Source of the DNA: Bacteroidota bacterium
GTDB taxonomy: Bacteria; Bacteroidota; Bacteroidia; 2-12-FULL-35-15
Direction: 5' to 3'
Length of the DNA stretch: 64,000 nucleotides
Assembly: GCA_947469885.1 (NCBI GenBank)
Contig: CANIQT010000014.1
Location: forward strand, 44,305-108,304
The notes under the pieces are model-generated. The model saw nothing but the letters and a program-made list of their open reading frames with translations, was not told where the DNA came from and searched no databases. Shown here one piece after another: positions 30,470-39,559 of this stretch. Position numbers and translations under genes: made by a program. Within the stretch, counting starts at the first letter, position 1. The number at the start of each line of letters is the position of its first letter.

Positions 30470-33052
30470 ATGTCAATCCTCCACACACCTTCAAAAAAAG
30501 ACTATTCAAAGGTTACTTCTTATACCTATAATGAAGTGTTCGAAAAATGTTTGATTTATTTTCAGGGCGATGAACTGGCGGCATCCACATGGATAAATAA
30601 ATATGCAATGAAAAATAAGGAAGGAAAATATTTGGAACTCACTCCTGAAGACATGCACATTCGTATGGCAAAACAATTTGCCCGGAAAGAAAATGAGTAT
30701 AAGGAAAAAACGTATCTCAACGGGAGTTTAAAACTATTGTCTGATTACGGGCAGGAACGCACTCTGTTAAGTGAAGATAAAATACTTAACTACTTTCGAA
30801 ATTTTAAATATATCATTCCCCAAGGCAGTGTAATGTCTGCTTTGGGCAATCCTTTTATTATCGCATCTCTTTCTAATTGTATTGTATTACCTGAAATATA
30901 CGATTCCTATGGAGGAATATTTTACACCGATCAGCAAATGGCACAGTTGTTCAAAAGGCGGTGTGGAGTGGGGGTAGATATTTCTACGCTTCGTCCTGCA
31001 GGGAGTGATGTTTCCAATTCTGCCGGAACTACAACAGGTGCAGTGTCGTTCATGGAACGGTTTTCGAACACTACACGCGAAGTAGCACAAAACGGCAGAC
31101 GGGGTGCATTGATGATCACCATTGATATTGCTCACCCCGACATTGATAAGTTTATTACCATAAAACAAGATTTATCTAAAATAACAGGAGCTAATATTTC
31201 TGTGCGTTTGTCCGATGAGTTTATGAATGCGGTGAAAAACGATACAGATTATATGTTGCGTTTCCCAATTGATTCCCCTGCTCCAGAGTATTCAAAAACA
31301 TTAAAGGCACGCGATTTATGGAACACTATTATTAAGTGCGCCCACAACACTGCCGAGCCCGGATTAATTTTTTGGGACCGTCAGCATCATTATTCCACAT
31401 CCTCTGTTTACCCCGGTTTTAAAAATGTTTCCACCAATCCTTGTTCCGAAATAGCTATGCAGGGAGGGGACAGTTGTCGCTTAATTGCACTCAATCTTTT
31501 TAATTTTATTGATAAACCATTTACCAATGAAGCAACATTTGATTACAAAAAATTCTCTGAAACAACTTATGAAGCACAACGGCTGATGGATGATTTAGTA
31601 GATTTAGAACTTGAACATATAGAACGAATTATTTCGAAAATAAAATCAGATCCCGAGCCTGACTTTATTAAACAAGTAGAAAACGAAACATGGAAATTAC
31701 TTTACGATGCAGGGAAAAAAGGAAGAAGAACAGGACTAGGATTTACAGCATTGGCAGATGCCATGGCAGGTTTAGGTTTTAAGTTTGATTCGCCCGAAGC
31801 TCTTGCCGAAGTCGAAAAAATAATGAAAACAAAATGCGAAGCAGAATTCAACAGTTCGATTGATATGGCTATCGAGCGCGGAAAGTTTGAAGCATTTAAT
31901 CCTGAGATTGAAAATATCTCGGAGTTTATTCAGATGATGAAAATAGAATTCCCGGATGTATATAATAGAATGATGAAACACGGAAGAAGAAATATTTCAC
32001 TCAGCACAGTGGCACCTACAGGCACATTGAGTATGCTTGCACAGTCTTCTTCGGGAATAGAACCTGTGTTTTTACTTTCTTATAAAAGAAGAAAAAAAAT
32101 AAATCCTTTAGATAAAAATGTGCGTGTTGATTTTACCGATGCAAGTGGTGATTCGTGGCAGGAGTTTGAAGTATATCATCATAAATTAAAACGCTGGATG
32201 GAATTAACCGGAGAAAATAATAGTACTAAAAGCCCGTACAACGGCTCCACAGCAACCGAGATAGACTGGCTGAAACGAATAGAGTTACAATCCATTGTTC
32301 AGAAATATACCACACACTCCATCAGTTCTACCATCAATTTGCCAAACAATGTGAGTTTGGAGAAAGTTGGAGAAATATATTTGCAGGCTTGGGAGCAAGG
32401 ATTAAAAGGCATTACGGTGTATCGCGATGGTTCTCGTTCCGGAGTTTTAATTTCATCGAATGAGGAAAAGAAGCAAATCAAAACAAATGAAATTATTGAA
32501 TCGGTTGCTCCCAAACGCCCAGAAAAGCTTGAGGCTGAAATTATCCGCTTTATGAATCACGATGAAAAATGGATTGCATTTGTTGGAGTGCTGAACGGAA
32601 AGCCTTACGAAATATTTACAGGTAAATCAGAGGACTCCTTTGTAATTCCTTCGTGGGTGAATACAGGATGGATTATCAAAAACATTTCGAAAGATGATTT
32701 TCAAAAACGATATGATTTTCAGTACCTCGATAGAGATGGATACAAAGTTACAATAGAAGGACTTTCCCGCTCGTTTGATAAAGAGTACTGGAATTATGCA
32801 AAATTAATTTCAGGTGTGTTGCGTCATGGAATGCCTATTACTAGCGTTGTTGATTTAGTTGAAAATCTCAATCTATATAACGACAGAATAAATAATTGGA
32901 AAAATGGAGTCGGGCGATCGTTAAAAAAATTCATTCCTGATGGAACACAGGCGAAGGATAAAACATGCAGCAATTGTGGAGATGCAGATGGATTAATATA
33001 TGAAGAAGGTTGTTTGAAATGCAAGAGTTGCGGACACTCGAAATGCGGTTGA
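30470..33052 (+). CDS. nrdJ: Adenosylcobalamin-dependent (class II) ribonucleotide reductase
   Basis: SLSNC, VAQNGRRGALM, TNPCSE, RRTGLG, VAPTGT, KGITVYRDGSR, C-terminal Cys cluster. The ATG at 30470 is preferred over the TTG at 30401. Confidence 0.95.
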   Translation: MSILHTPSKKDYSKVTSYTYNEVFEKCLIYFQGDELAASTWINKYAMKNKEGKYLELTPEDMHIRMAKQFARKENEYKEKTYLNGSLKLLSDYGQERTLLSEDKILNYFRNFKYIIPQGSVMSALGNPFIIASLSNCIVLPEIYDSYGGIFYTDQQMAQLFKRRCGVGVDISTLRPAGSDVSNSAGTTTGAVSFMERFSNTTREVAQNGRRGALMITIDIAHPDIDKFITIKQDLSKITGANISVRLSDEFMNAVKNDTDYMLRFPIDSPAPEYSKTLKARDLWNTIIKCAHNTAEPGLIFWDRQHHYSTSSVYPGFKNVSTNPCSEIAMQGGDSCRLIALNLFNFIDKPFTNEATFDYKKFSETTYEAQRLMDDLVDLELEHIERIISKIKSDPEPDFIKQVENETWKLLYDAGKKGRRTGLGFTALADAMAGLGFKFDSPEALAEVEKIMKTKCEAEFNSSIDMAIERGKFEAFNPEIENISEFIQMMKIEFPDVYNRMMKHGRRNISLSTVAPTGTLSMLAQSSSGIEPVFLLSYKRRKKINPLDKNVRVDFTDASGDSWQEFEVYHHKLKRWMELTGENNSTKSPYNGSTATEIDWLKRIELQSIVQKYTTHSISSTINLPNNVSLEKVGEIYLQAWEQGLKGITVYRDGSRSGVLISSNEEKKQIKTNEIIESVAPKRPEKLEAEIIRFMNHDEKWIAFVGVLNGKPYEIFTGKSEDSFVIPSWVNTGWIIKNISKDDFQKRYDFQYLDRDGYKVTIEGLSRSFDKEYWNYAKLISGVLRHGMPITSVVDLVENLNLYNDRINNWKNGVGRSLKKFIPDGTQAKDKTCSNCGDADGLIYEEGCLKCKSCGHSKCG

Positions 33053-33082
33053 TGATAATAAACAATTTAACTCGGCTTAATG

Positions 33083-34885
33083 CTATTCGAAACCGTATTT
33101 AAGTTTTATTTCAGTAATGTCATTTATAGCATTTTTTAATTCATTATTAAAGGCTTCCCAGTTAAGAATTAAGCCTTCTTTCAGATTTTGATAATAAACA
33201 ACTGCTTCTGAAATATTGTGAATAAAAGATTGATAATAGGTTTTTCCTTTACTGTCTTTTGTATCACCATTTCCCTGTATAAGTTCTTTTTTCAGATACT
33301 TAATATAAATTTTCATTTCAGCAATAAATACATGAGGACGTTGTTTGTTCGTAATTAAATCCTTTCTTCCATAAATGTGGTCCACCATTGTTTTTAAAGA
33401 AACTATCTGGGAAAAATTTGCGATGTTAGGACCGGGACAAATATTTACTGCATTCAGGTTTTTTAAAAATGGTTCATTATATCTGATGGAGGCTGCATTG
33501 CTAAGCCCTACACATAAACATTTTTTTGCAAGAACATCTTCCTTTTGTTTTTTATATTCTTCTTCCGGAAGATGAAGTGTTTTTAATTGTTCGAGTTTCA
33601 ACTTCTGGTACCTGCGAGAAGCAGTGCAAATGGGTTCAGTTGTAAATTCAGTGTTAAAACCCAAATGTTTTTCAGCACAAGGGCTGCCTGGTTTACCATC
33701 TTTTATTCGTTGAATTTTTTCTGCATCGGCTGTAGTTCCCTTTAAATAATAAAATTTAACTCCAAGAGGAGAATTATTGCTAAGTACCACATCTTTTTCG
33801 GTTGCATTTTTCAGGAGATTCAAGGTGTGCTCATCCACCGTAGTTGCTTCAGGAACTAACAAAAAAGGCGTTCCCCAACCAGTACTTGATATATCATAAT
33901 ATTCCAGAAGGAAATTTGCTTCTTCAGCTGTTCCTATTCCACCTTGCGCAGAAACTGCAATTGTAGGATAAAATGTAAAATCGAAACCAAGTTTTTTATT
34001 TATTGCCTGTTTATAAAGTTCAAAAATAGTTTCAGCTAATTCTTTTCTTTTGTTTTTAAATTCTTCAAGTATTGGTCCTAACAAATAACCATCAGTAGCA
34101 AAAGCATGTCCTCCGCAGTTCAATCCTGATTCGATTCGGAACTCAGATACCCATATTCCTTTTTTAGCTAAAAATTTTCCTTGTATCAATGCGGAGCGGT
34201 AATCGCTCACTTTTACAATTACTTTTTTATTGAATTCAAATTTTTCGTTTGGGTCAAAAGCATTAAATTTTTCGAGATACATAAACAATCTTGGATTCAA
34301 TCCTGCTGAAAAAACAATGGAGGAATTTGTTAAATCGCTTTTGAGATAACCACTCAATGCGGCAACAGCATCCGAGCCATCCACTATTGCATTTCCATTT
34401 GCATCACGATTTTCTCTATCGGTTTTCGTCATTATATTTACATCAATACTGCCGACAACAATTTGAGAGCGCAAATAAGTTTGTTTGATTGCTTTTTCAC
34501 TTTCATTGGCACAGTTCACCATTTCGTAATATAAAGTTTTTAACCGACTTTCGTCTGGGAGCATATCAAAATATTTAACAATTTCAGAACCCACTTCAAA
34601 TGATTCCGATTTTAGTTTTTCCATTTGTTGATGAACAATTGTGTTTACCAGATTCAAATAGTCTGTAATTCTTTTTGCTCTGTAATCAGGTTCCTGTCGG
34701 ATTATCGGGACGTAAGGTTTATTGATGAGAGGATAATAATGTTTGCGCATCATCTCCACTAGGCGATCTTCTATTATAGAAACTACTGATGTTATACCAA
34801 AACGTGCTACCTTGATTGGAGAGTCGATAGTATAACATAAACCCATTACAGGGATATGAAAATTGTGTACGTTGGTGTTTTTCAT
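33083..34885 (-). CDS. Conserved Bacteroidota hypothetical protein, nitronate-monooxygenase/IMPDH-like TIM barrel with Cys-rich C-terminus
   Basis: FHIPVMG, EFRIESGLNCGGHAF, AQGGIGT, GWGTPFL. Cys motifs GSPC, ICTAS, CLCVGL, CPGPN. Confidence 0.7.
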   Translation of the reverse strand: MKNTNVHNFHIPVMGLCYTIDSPIKVARFGITSVVSIIEDRLVEMMRKHYYPLINKPYVPIIRQEPDYRAKRITDYLNLVNTIVHQQMEKLKSESFEVGSEIVKYFDMLPDESRLKTLYYEMVNCANESEKAIKQTYLRSQIVVGSIDVNIMTKTDRENRDANGNAIVDGSDAVAALSGYLKSDLTNSSIVFSAGLNPRLFMYLEKFNAFDPNEKFEFNKKVIVKVSDYRSALIQGKFLAKKGIWVSEFRIESGLNCGGHAFATDGYLLGPILEEFKNKRKELAETIFELYKQAINKKLGFDFTFYPTIAVSAQGGIGTAEEANFLLEYYDISSTGWGTPFLLVPEATTVDEHTLNLLKNATEKDVVLSNNSPLGVKFYYLKGTTADAEKIQRIKDGKPGSPCAEKHLGFNTEFTTEPICTASRRYQKLKLEQLKTLHLPEEEYKKQKEDVLAKKCLCVGLSNAASIRYNEPFLKNLNAVNICPGPNIANFSQIVSLKTMVDHIYGRKDLITNKQRPHVFIAEMKIYIKYLKKELIQGNGDTKDSKGKTYYQSFIHNISEAVVYYQNLKEGLILNWEAFNNELKNAINDITEIKLKYGFE

Positions 34886-34936
34886 TTTTTTGATTTTGTT
34901 TAAGATACAAAGTGACTAAAAATAAAGGGAAGGAAA

Positions 34937-34952
34937 TATGATTCTAATCACA
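34937..34952. promoter_or_regulatory. TATGA-N6-TCACA site centred in a divergent promoter
   Basis: TATGATTCTAATCACA with -7-like boxes 21 bp away on both sides: minus TCACTTTG at 34908-34915 and plus CAATTTTG at 34974-34981. Confidence 0.68.
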
Positions 34953-35001
34953 TAAAAATAATTTTATAAGTATCAATTTTGCATAAATTTTAAAATAAGT
35001 T

Positions 35002-35907
35002 ATGGCTGACAATAGAGATTTATTAAAACAAATTACAAAGCTGAAGAAAGAAAAAAACGCAATAATATTGGTGCATAATTATCAACGGCCTGAAATTTAT
35101 GAAGTAGCTGATTTTATAGGCGATTCGCTCGAGCTTTCTAGAAAAGCTGCCGAAACAGAGGCCCAAACCATTGTATTTTGCGGTGTTTCTTTTATGGCTG
35201 AAACAGCAAAAATATTGAGCCCAAACAAAAATGTTTTGTTGCCAAATTTAGAGGCGGGTTGTTCATTGGCAGATATGATAACTGCCGATCAGGTCAATTC
35301 TCTTAGAGCAAATTTTCCGGAAGCAGCTGTTGTGAGTTATGTGAACACGAATGCAGCTGTTAAAGCAGTTTCTGATATTTGCTGCACATCGGCAAATGCA
35401 GTGAAAATATTGAATTCATTGCCTAACGATGAAATAATTTTTTTGCCTGATAAAAATTTAGGGAGTTATGTTCAATCACATACATTGAAAAAAATTTATG
35501 TGTGGGATGGATATTGCTCTGTTCATCAGGATTTGAAAAAGCAGGATTTAATTTCATTTAAAAAAGAACATCCGCTTGCAAAAATAATTGCACACCCCGA
35601 ATGTAAAAAGGATGTGCTGGAAGTAGCAGATTTTGTTTGCGGTACAGGAGGGATGGCAAAATATGCAGAGAATAATGATAGTTCAGAGTTTATTGTTGTT
35701 ACCGAATGCGGAATGACAAACAAATTGAGGGATGATGTTCCTGAAAAACATTTTTATTCTTTCTGCAATCTTTGTTCGTTTATGAAGGCAACTACTTTGG
35801 AGATGGTTTTGAAATCATTACAGGAAAATAAACACCCCATTTATCTGCCGGAAGAAATAATGAATAAAGCACGAAATTCAATTACCCGAATGTTAGCATT
35901 AGCCTGA
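35002..35907 (+). CDS. nadA: Quinolinate synthase
   Basis: HNYQRPE, GDSLEL, FCGVSFMAETAKIL, AGCSLA, YVNT, HPEC and three Fe-S Cys. Confidence 0.96.
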   Translation: MADNRDLLKQITKLKKEKNAIILVHNYQRPEIYEVADFIGDSLELSRKAAETEAQTIVFCGVSFMAETAKILSPNKNVLLPNLEAGCSLADMITADQVNSLRANFPEAAVVSYVNTNAAVKAVSDICCTSANAVKILNSLPNDEIIFLPDKNLGSYVQSHTLKKIYVWDGYCSVHQDLKKQDLISFKKEHPLAKIIAHPECKKDVLEVADFVCGTGGMAKYAENNDSSEFIVVTECGMTNKLRDDVPEKHFYSFCNLCSFMKATTLEMVLKSLQENKHPIYLPEEIMNKARNSITRMLALA

Positions 35908-35914
35908 TTAATTT

Positions 35915-36703
35915 ATGAAAGTAGCAATAATAGGATGTGGAAATATTGGTTTCGAAATTGCAACCTTTATTAATAATTGTTCTGATTTTGAACTACATTC
36001 TTTAACCGATATTAATTTAGATAATATCGAGAAAATCACGAACAAACTCTCCCGGAAAATAAAAATAAGTAATCTGGAAACAGCTATAGTCGAATCCGAT
36101 TTGATTATAGAAGCTTCCAATAAAGAAGTGGTGAAAGAAATTCTTTTAGACAAAAATATTGATAGCAAAAATAAAAAACTGCTGGTAATGAGTACAGGCG
36201 GACTGATTGAGAATACAGGGCTATTATATAGAATAAAAAAGTGCAAAATTCATGTGCCTTCGGGTGCTATTGCCGGATTAGATGCCATCAGGGCAGTTGC
36301 AGGTCAAATTACTTTTCTCAGGTTGGTTACTACCAAGCCTCCGGAATCTTTATCCGGCTCACCTTACATTAATGCCAATTGTATAAAACTGGAATCGCTG
36401 AAAACGAAAACAACTATTTTTAAAGGAGAATTGAAGGAAGCAATTAATGGATTTCCGAAAAACATAAATATTGCAGCAAGTTTATTCCTTGCATCCAAAT
36501 TCGAAGATATCAGTATTGAAATTGTTGCCAATCCCAATACTAGGTTCAATACTCATAAAATTATTTGTAAAGGGAAATTTGGTGAATTGAATTGTAAAAT
36601 AATTAACCGTCCTAGCAGCAATCCTAAAACAAGTTACCTTGCAATATTGAGTGCTATTGGTGTGTTAAAAAATATGACGACAAACTTAAAGGTTGGATAT
36701 TGA
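35915..36703 (+). CDS. nadX: L-aspartate dehydrogenase
   Basis: GCGNIG Rossmann, MSTGGL, PSGAIAGLDA, FPKNINIAA, NTH, NPKTSYLA. Adjacent to nadA. Confidence 0.88.
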   Translation: MKVAIIGCGNIGFEIATFINNCSDFELHSLTDINLDNIEKITNKLSRKIKISNLETAIVESDLIIEASNKEVVKEILLDKNIDSKNKKLLVMSTGGLIENTGLLYRIKKCKIHVPSGAIAGLDAIRAVAGQITFLRLVTTKPPESLSGSPYINANCIKLESLKTKTTIFKGELKEAINGFPKNINIAASLFLASKFEDISIEIVANPNTRFNTHKIICKGKFGELNCKIINRPSSNPKTSYLAILSAIGVLKNMTTNLKVGY

Positions 36704-36840
36704 GATGGGTTGATTCCCTTTCACGTCAAATATACTAAACTGGAATTCAAAGAAAATACCCCAAGGATTCTCGATTAGTTTATTAGAAGGCTCCGATTAC
36801 TTTTGTTTTCCATTATATCCTCAAGTGAATTCTTTTCCTT

Positions 36841-36856
36841 TATGATTGTTGTCATA
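36841..36856. promoter_or_regulatory. TATGA-N6-TCATA site upstream of the desaturase
   Basis: TATGATTGTTGTCATA. The -7 box TATTTTTG is at 36878-36885 (21-bp gap). Confidence 0.7.
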
Positions 36857-36909
36857 TAAACTTTATACTTGAATATTTATTTTTGCAACCAGATTTTTAA
36901 TAATTAAAT

Positions 36910-37998
36910 ATGAAAACAATAAAATTTGTATCCACAGATAAACATCAGCAGGCATTTGCTAAGGCAGTGAGAAAAAATGTAAATAACTATTTCAAAGAAA
37001 AAGGACTTTCTACCAAAGGAAATTTAGAATTAGCAATACAAACCTCAGTAATGCTCATCTTATACATTGTTCCTTTTGTTGCTTTTTTCTTTGTTCCTAT
37101 AAATGTATTAACAGGTTTTCTCCTAACAGTAATAATGGGCATAGGATTGGCTGGAATTGGTATGTGCACGATGCACGATGCCGTGCATCATTCTTTTTCC
37201 AATAAAGAATGGGTAAATAAATTATTTGGCGGTACGTTATATTTAATTGGTGCCAATGTTTTCAACTGGGAAATACAACATAATATTTTACATCACACCT
37301 ATACCAATATTGAAGGATACGACCAGGATATTGAATCGCGCGGCCCAATTCGATTATCCGAAAATGCCCCGCTTCGCAAAATACATCGTTATCAATATAT
37401 TCACGCTTTTTTCTTTTATGGTTTAATGACCCTTTCTAAATTGGTTAAGGATTTTACTCAATTAGTTTTTTATAATAAAGAAGGAATTACGCGAAGATTT
37501 AATTTCAATCCAACGTTTGAATATATTAAAATGGTTGTTCTTAAACTTATTTATCTATTTGTTATTATTGGCTTTCCTATTCTATTCACAAATTTTAGAT
37601 GGTGGCAGGTGATTTTAGGTTTTCTAATAATGCATTGGACTGCGGGGCTTATTTTGAGCATAATATTCCAGATGGCGCATGTGGTGGAAGGGGCAGAAGA
37701 GCCTATGCCGGATGTTGATGGTGTAATAAATAACGAATGGGCTGTTCACCAGCTTCATACTACATCCGACTTTGCAAGAAACAATCATTTTCTGAACTGG
37801 TATGTGGGGGGATTAAATTTTCAGATTGAACATCATTTGTTTCCAAACATTTCTCATGTTCATTATCAAAAAATAGCACCAATAGTAGAAAAGACTGCGA
37901 AGGAATTTGGTTTTAATTATAATCTGAAACCATCTTTCGTCAGCGCGCTTTCTTCTCATATTCGAAGATTAAGAATGCTTGGACAGCAACCTGTTTAG
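36910..37998 (+). CDS. Acyl-CoA/fatty acid desaturase
   Basis: Three His boxes: HDAVH, HNILHH, QIEHHLFP. Confidence 0.93.
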   Translation: MKTIKFVSTDKHQQAFAKAVRKNVNNYFKEKGLSTKGNLELAIQTSVMLILYIVPFVAFFFVPINVLTGFLLTVIMGIGLAGIGMCTMHDAVHHSFSNKEWVNKLFGGTLYLIGANVFNWEIQHNILHHTYTNIEGYDQDIESRGPIRLSENAPLRKIHRYQYIHAFFFYGLMTLSKLVKDFTQLVFYNKEGITRRFNFNPTFEYIKMVVLKLIYLFVIIGFPILFTNFRWWQVILGFLIMHWTAGLILSIIFQMAHVVEGAEEPMPDVDGVINNEWAVHQLHTTSDFARNNHFLNWYVGGLNFQIEHHLFPNISHVHYQKIAPIVEKTAKEFGFNYNLKPSFVSALSSHIRRLRMLGQQPV

Positions 37999-38012
37999 GC
38001 AGTACGCTTTCC

Positions 38013-38189
38013 TTAAGAAAAAATTATAATTAACAATAAGGTCAATCCTAATAAAAAGGAAAACATTATTAATTTTAATCCTCTCTTAAAATCCGATTGC
38101 ATTTTTTTCGCGCGAATAATATATACCATAAAGGCACAGCCCAAGAACCATAACAATCCTAACCATCCATATTCCGAATTTCCACTCAT
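38013..38189 (-). CDS. Small 58-aa two-TM protein (not in the ORF track)
   Basis: Manual translation MSGNSEYGWLGLLWFLGCAFMVYIIRAKKMQSDFKRGLKLIMFSFLLGLTLLLIIIFS*. A-rich leader, TM-basic loop-TM. Confidence 0.55.
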   Translation of the reverse strand: MSGNSEYGWLGLLWFLGCAFMVYIIRAKKMQSDFKRGLKLIMFSFLLGLTLLLIIIFS

Positions 38190-38461
38190 TGTTTTAATTT
38201 TAAAAATTTATCATTCTCTTTTTTTCATTTTTTTTCTAAAACCTAAAGTATTGTATGTAATTTATTTTTTTGAAAGGTTACCGACCAGTAATTAGTTCAC
38301 CATTTGCTGCGACCTTGGCTTTTTACTGCATTAGCACTTATACTTGCGGCAAAGGGAGTTTATAACGTTGTGATGTTTGTAATCCAATTGGTCGGGAGTT
38401 AATAAAATGAATCAATATATAGTTATACTTCTTACTTATTTGTATTGCAGAAGTTTGTACC

Positions 38462-38776
38462 CGACCGCTTGATATTTCTACCCGACCGCTTGATACTTCT
38501 GCACGACCGCTTGATATGTGTAACCGACCGCTTGATACTTCTGCACGACCGCTTGATATGTGTACCCGACCGTTTGATACTTCTGCCTGACCGCTTGATA
38601 CTTCTACCCGACCGCTTGATACTTCTACCCGACCGCTTGATACATCTACACGACCGCTTGATACTTCTGCACGACTGCTTGATACATCTACACGACCGCT
38701 TGATACTTCTGCACGACCGCTTGATACTTCTGCACGACCGCTTGATATGTGTACCCGACCGCTTGATACTTCTGCG
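38462..38776. repeat. 21-bp tandem repeat array, 15 units
   Basis: Core cgaccgcttgata plus a variable 8-mer (cttctgca, cttctacc, tgtgtacc, catctaca). Units run from 38462 to 38756 at exact 21-bp steps. Confidence 0.95.
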
Positions 38777-38809
38777 TGCGCCAAACAAAAAACAAGGAAT
38801 ACCCCCAAA

Positions 38810-39556
38810 AGCATTGCTGCTGCTGGTGTTTTTACGAAACGGGTATTTGTCTGCTGTTTATTTCTTTTTGCATTTTCAGTACAACGGTTGGTTCTTTTTT
38901 GCTTGCATGGGTTTACTGGTAGATAAACTCGAGTTTCACAACACAGAGCAAGTTATACAAAGAAATATTCTGGCTCTTTTTTCTTTCCTGTTTTCCTGCC
39001 TATTTTCTTTCCACCCTTTGGATGCACATGCTGTTTGGATTTATATCCTTGTAGTTCTTTCAGCAATTGCTCAGGTGGTTGCCTAGTTCTTACTCACCAA
39101 AGCCATGTTTCATCATCTCGACTCTCTCAACAGAGCAATTTCTACTGCCGCAAAATTTTTATTTGCATTGTCAGCATTTGCTTTGTCATTAAAATTTTTG
39201 TTACAATTGGGTTCAACATATCCTCCTTTAAGTACCCTTGCTTTTGGCTTTCGCCCAATTGTAATTGCATATCTGCATTTAGTTTTGCTTGGAGTGATTA
39301 CCATTTTTATTATTGGATACATTGTCGCCAATCATTTGTGGTGATGAATATAAAATCAATAATAGGTATTTGCACTTTTGTTTTCGGAATTGTTGCAAAC
39401 GAAATACTACTAATGGCTCAGGGGGTAGCAGGTTTAAAATACGAAAGTATCCCTTATGCAAACGAGATGCTTTTAATTGCTGCATTAAGAATGTTTATTG
39501 GTATTTTGCTTTTTGTTTTGGGACAGTTACAAAGAATCCAGAAAACAACTGATTAA
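38810..39556 (+). pseudogene. 5'-truncated, frameshifted paralog of the His-rich membrane protein 24891..26126
   Basis: YLSAVYFFLHFQYNGWFFFAC, KFLLQLGSTYP.LSTLAFGFRPIVI.YLHLVLLG and NEILLMAQGVAGLKYESIP are split over three ORF fragments. TGG->TAG at about 39084. Confidence 0.9.
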
Positions 39557-39559
39557 CTA

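Noticed and set aside
30210..30470. Cobalamin riboswitch upstream of nrdJ
   Set aside because: The region is very AT-rich with no recognisable B12-box or GGGAA/GCCACTG motifs.
38270..38400. Decayed coding remnant or structured RNA upstream of the 21-bp array
   Set aside because: The minus-strand translation looks vaguely protein-like but has stops and a frameshift, and the pairing is weak. It cannot be supported without a search.
38338..38814. Repeat-protein ORFs over the 21-bp array (and similar ORFs at 10650-11033, 44432-44809, 53148-53348)
   Set aside because: Several frames on both strands are open simply because the period is a multiple of 3. There is no convincing start context, so they are not called as genes.
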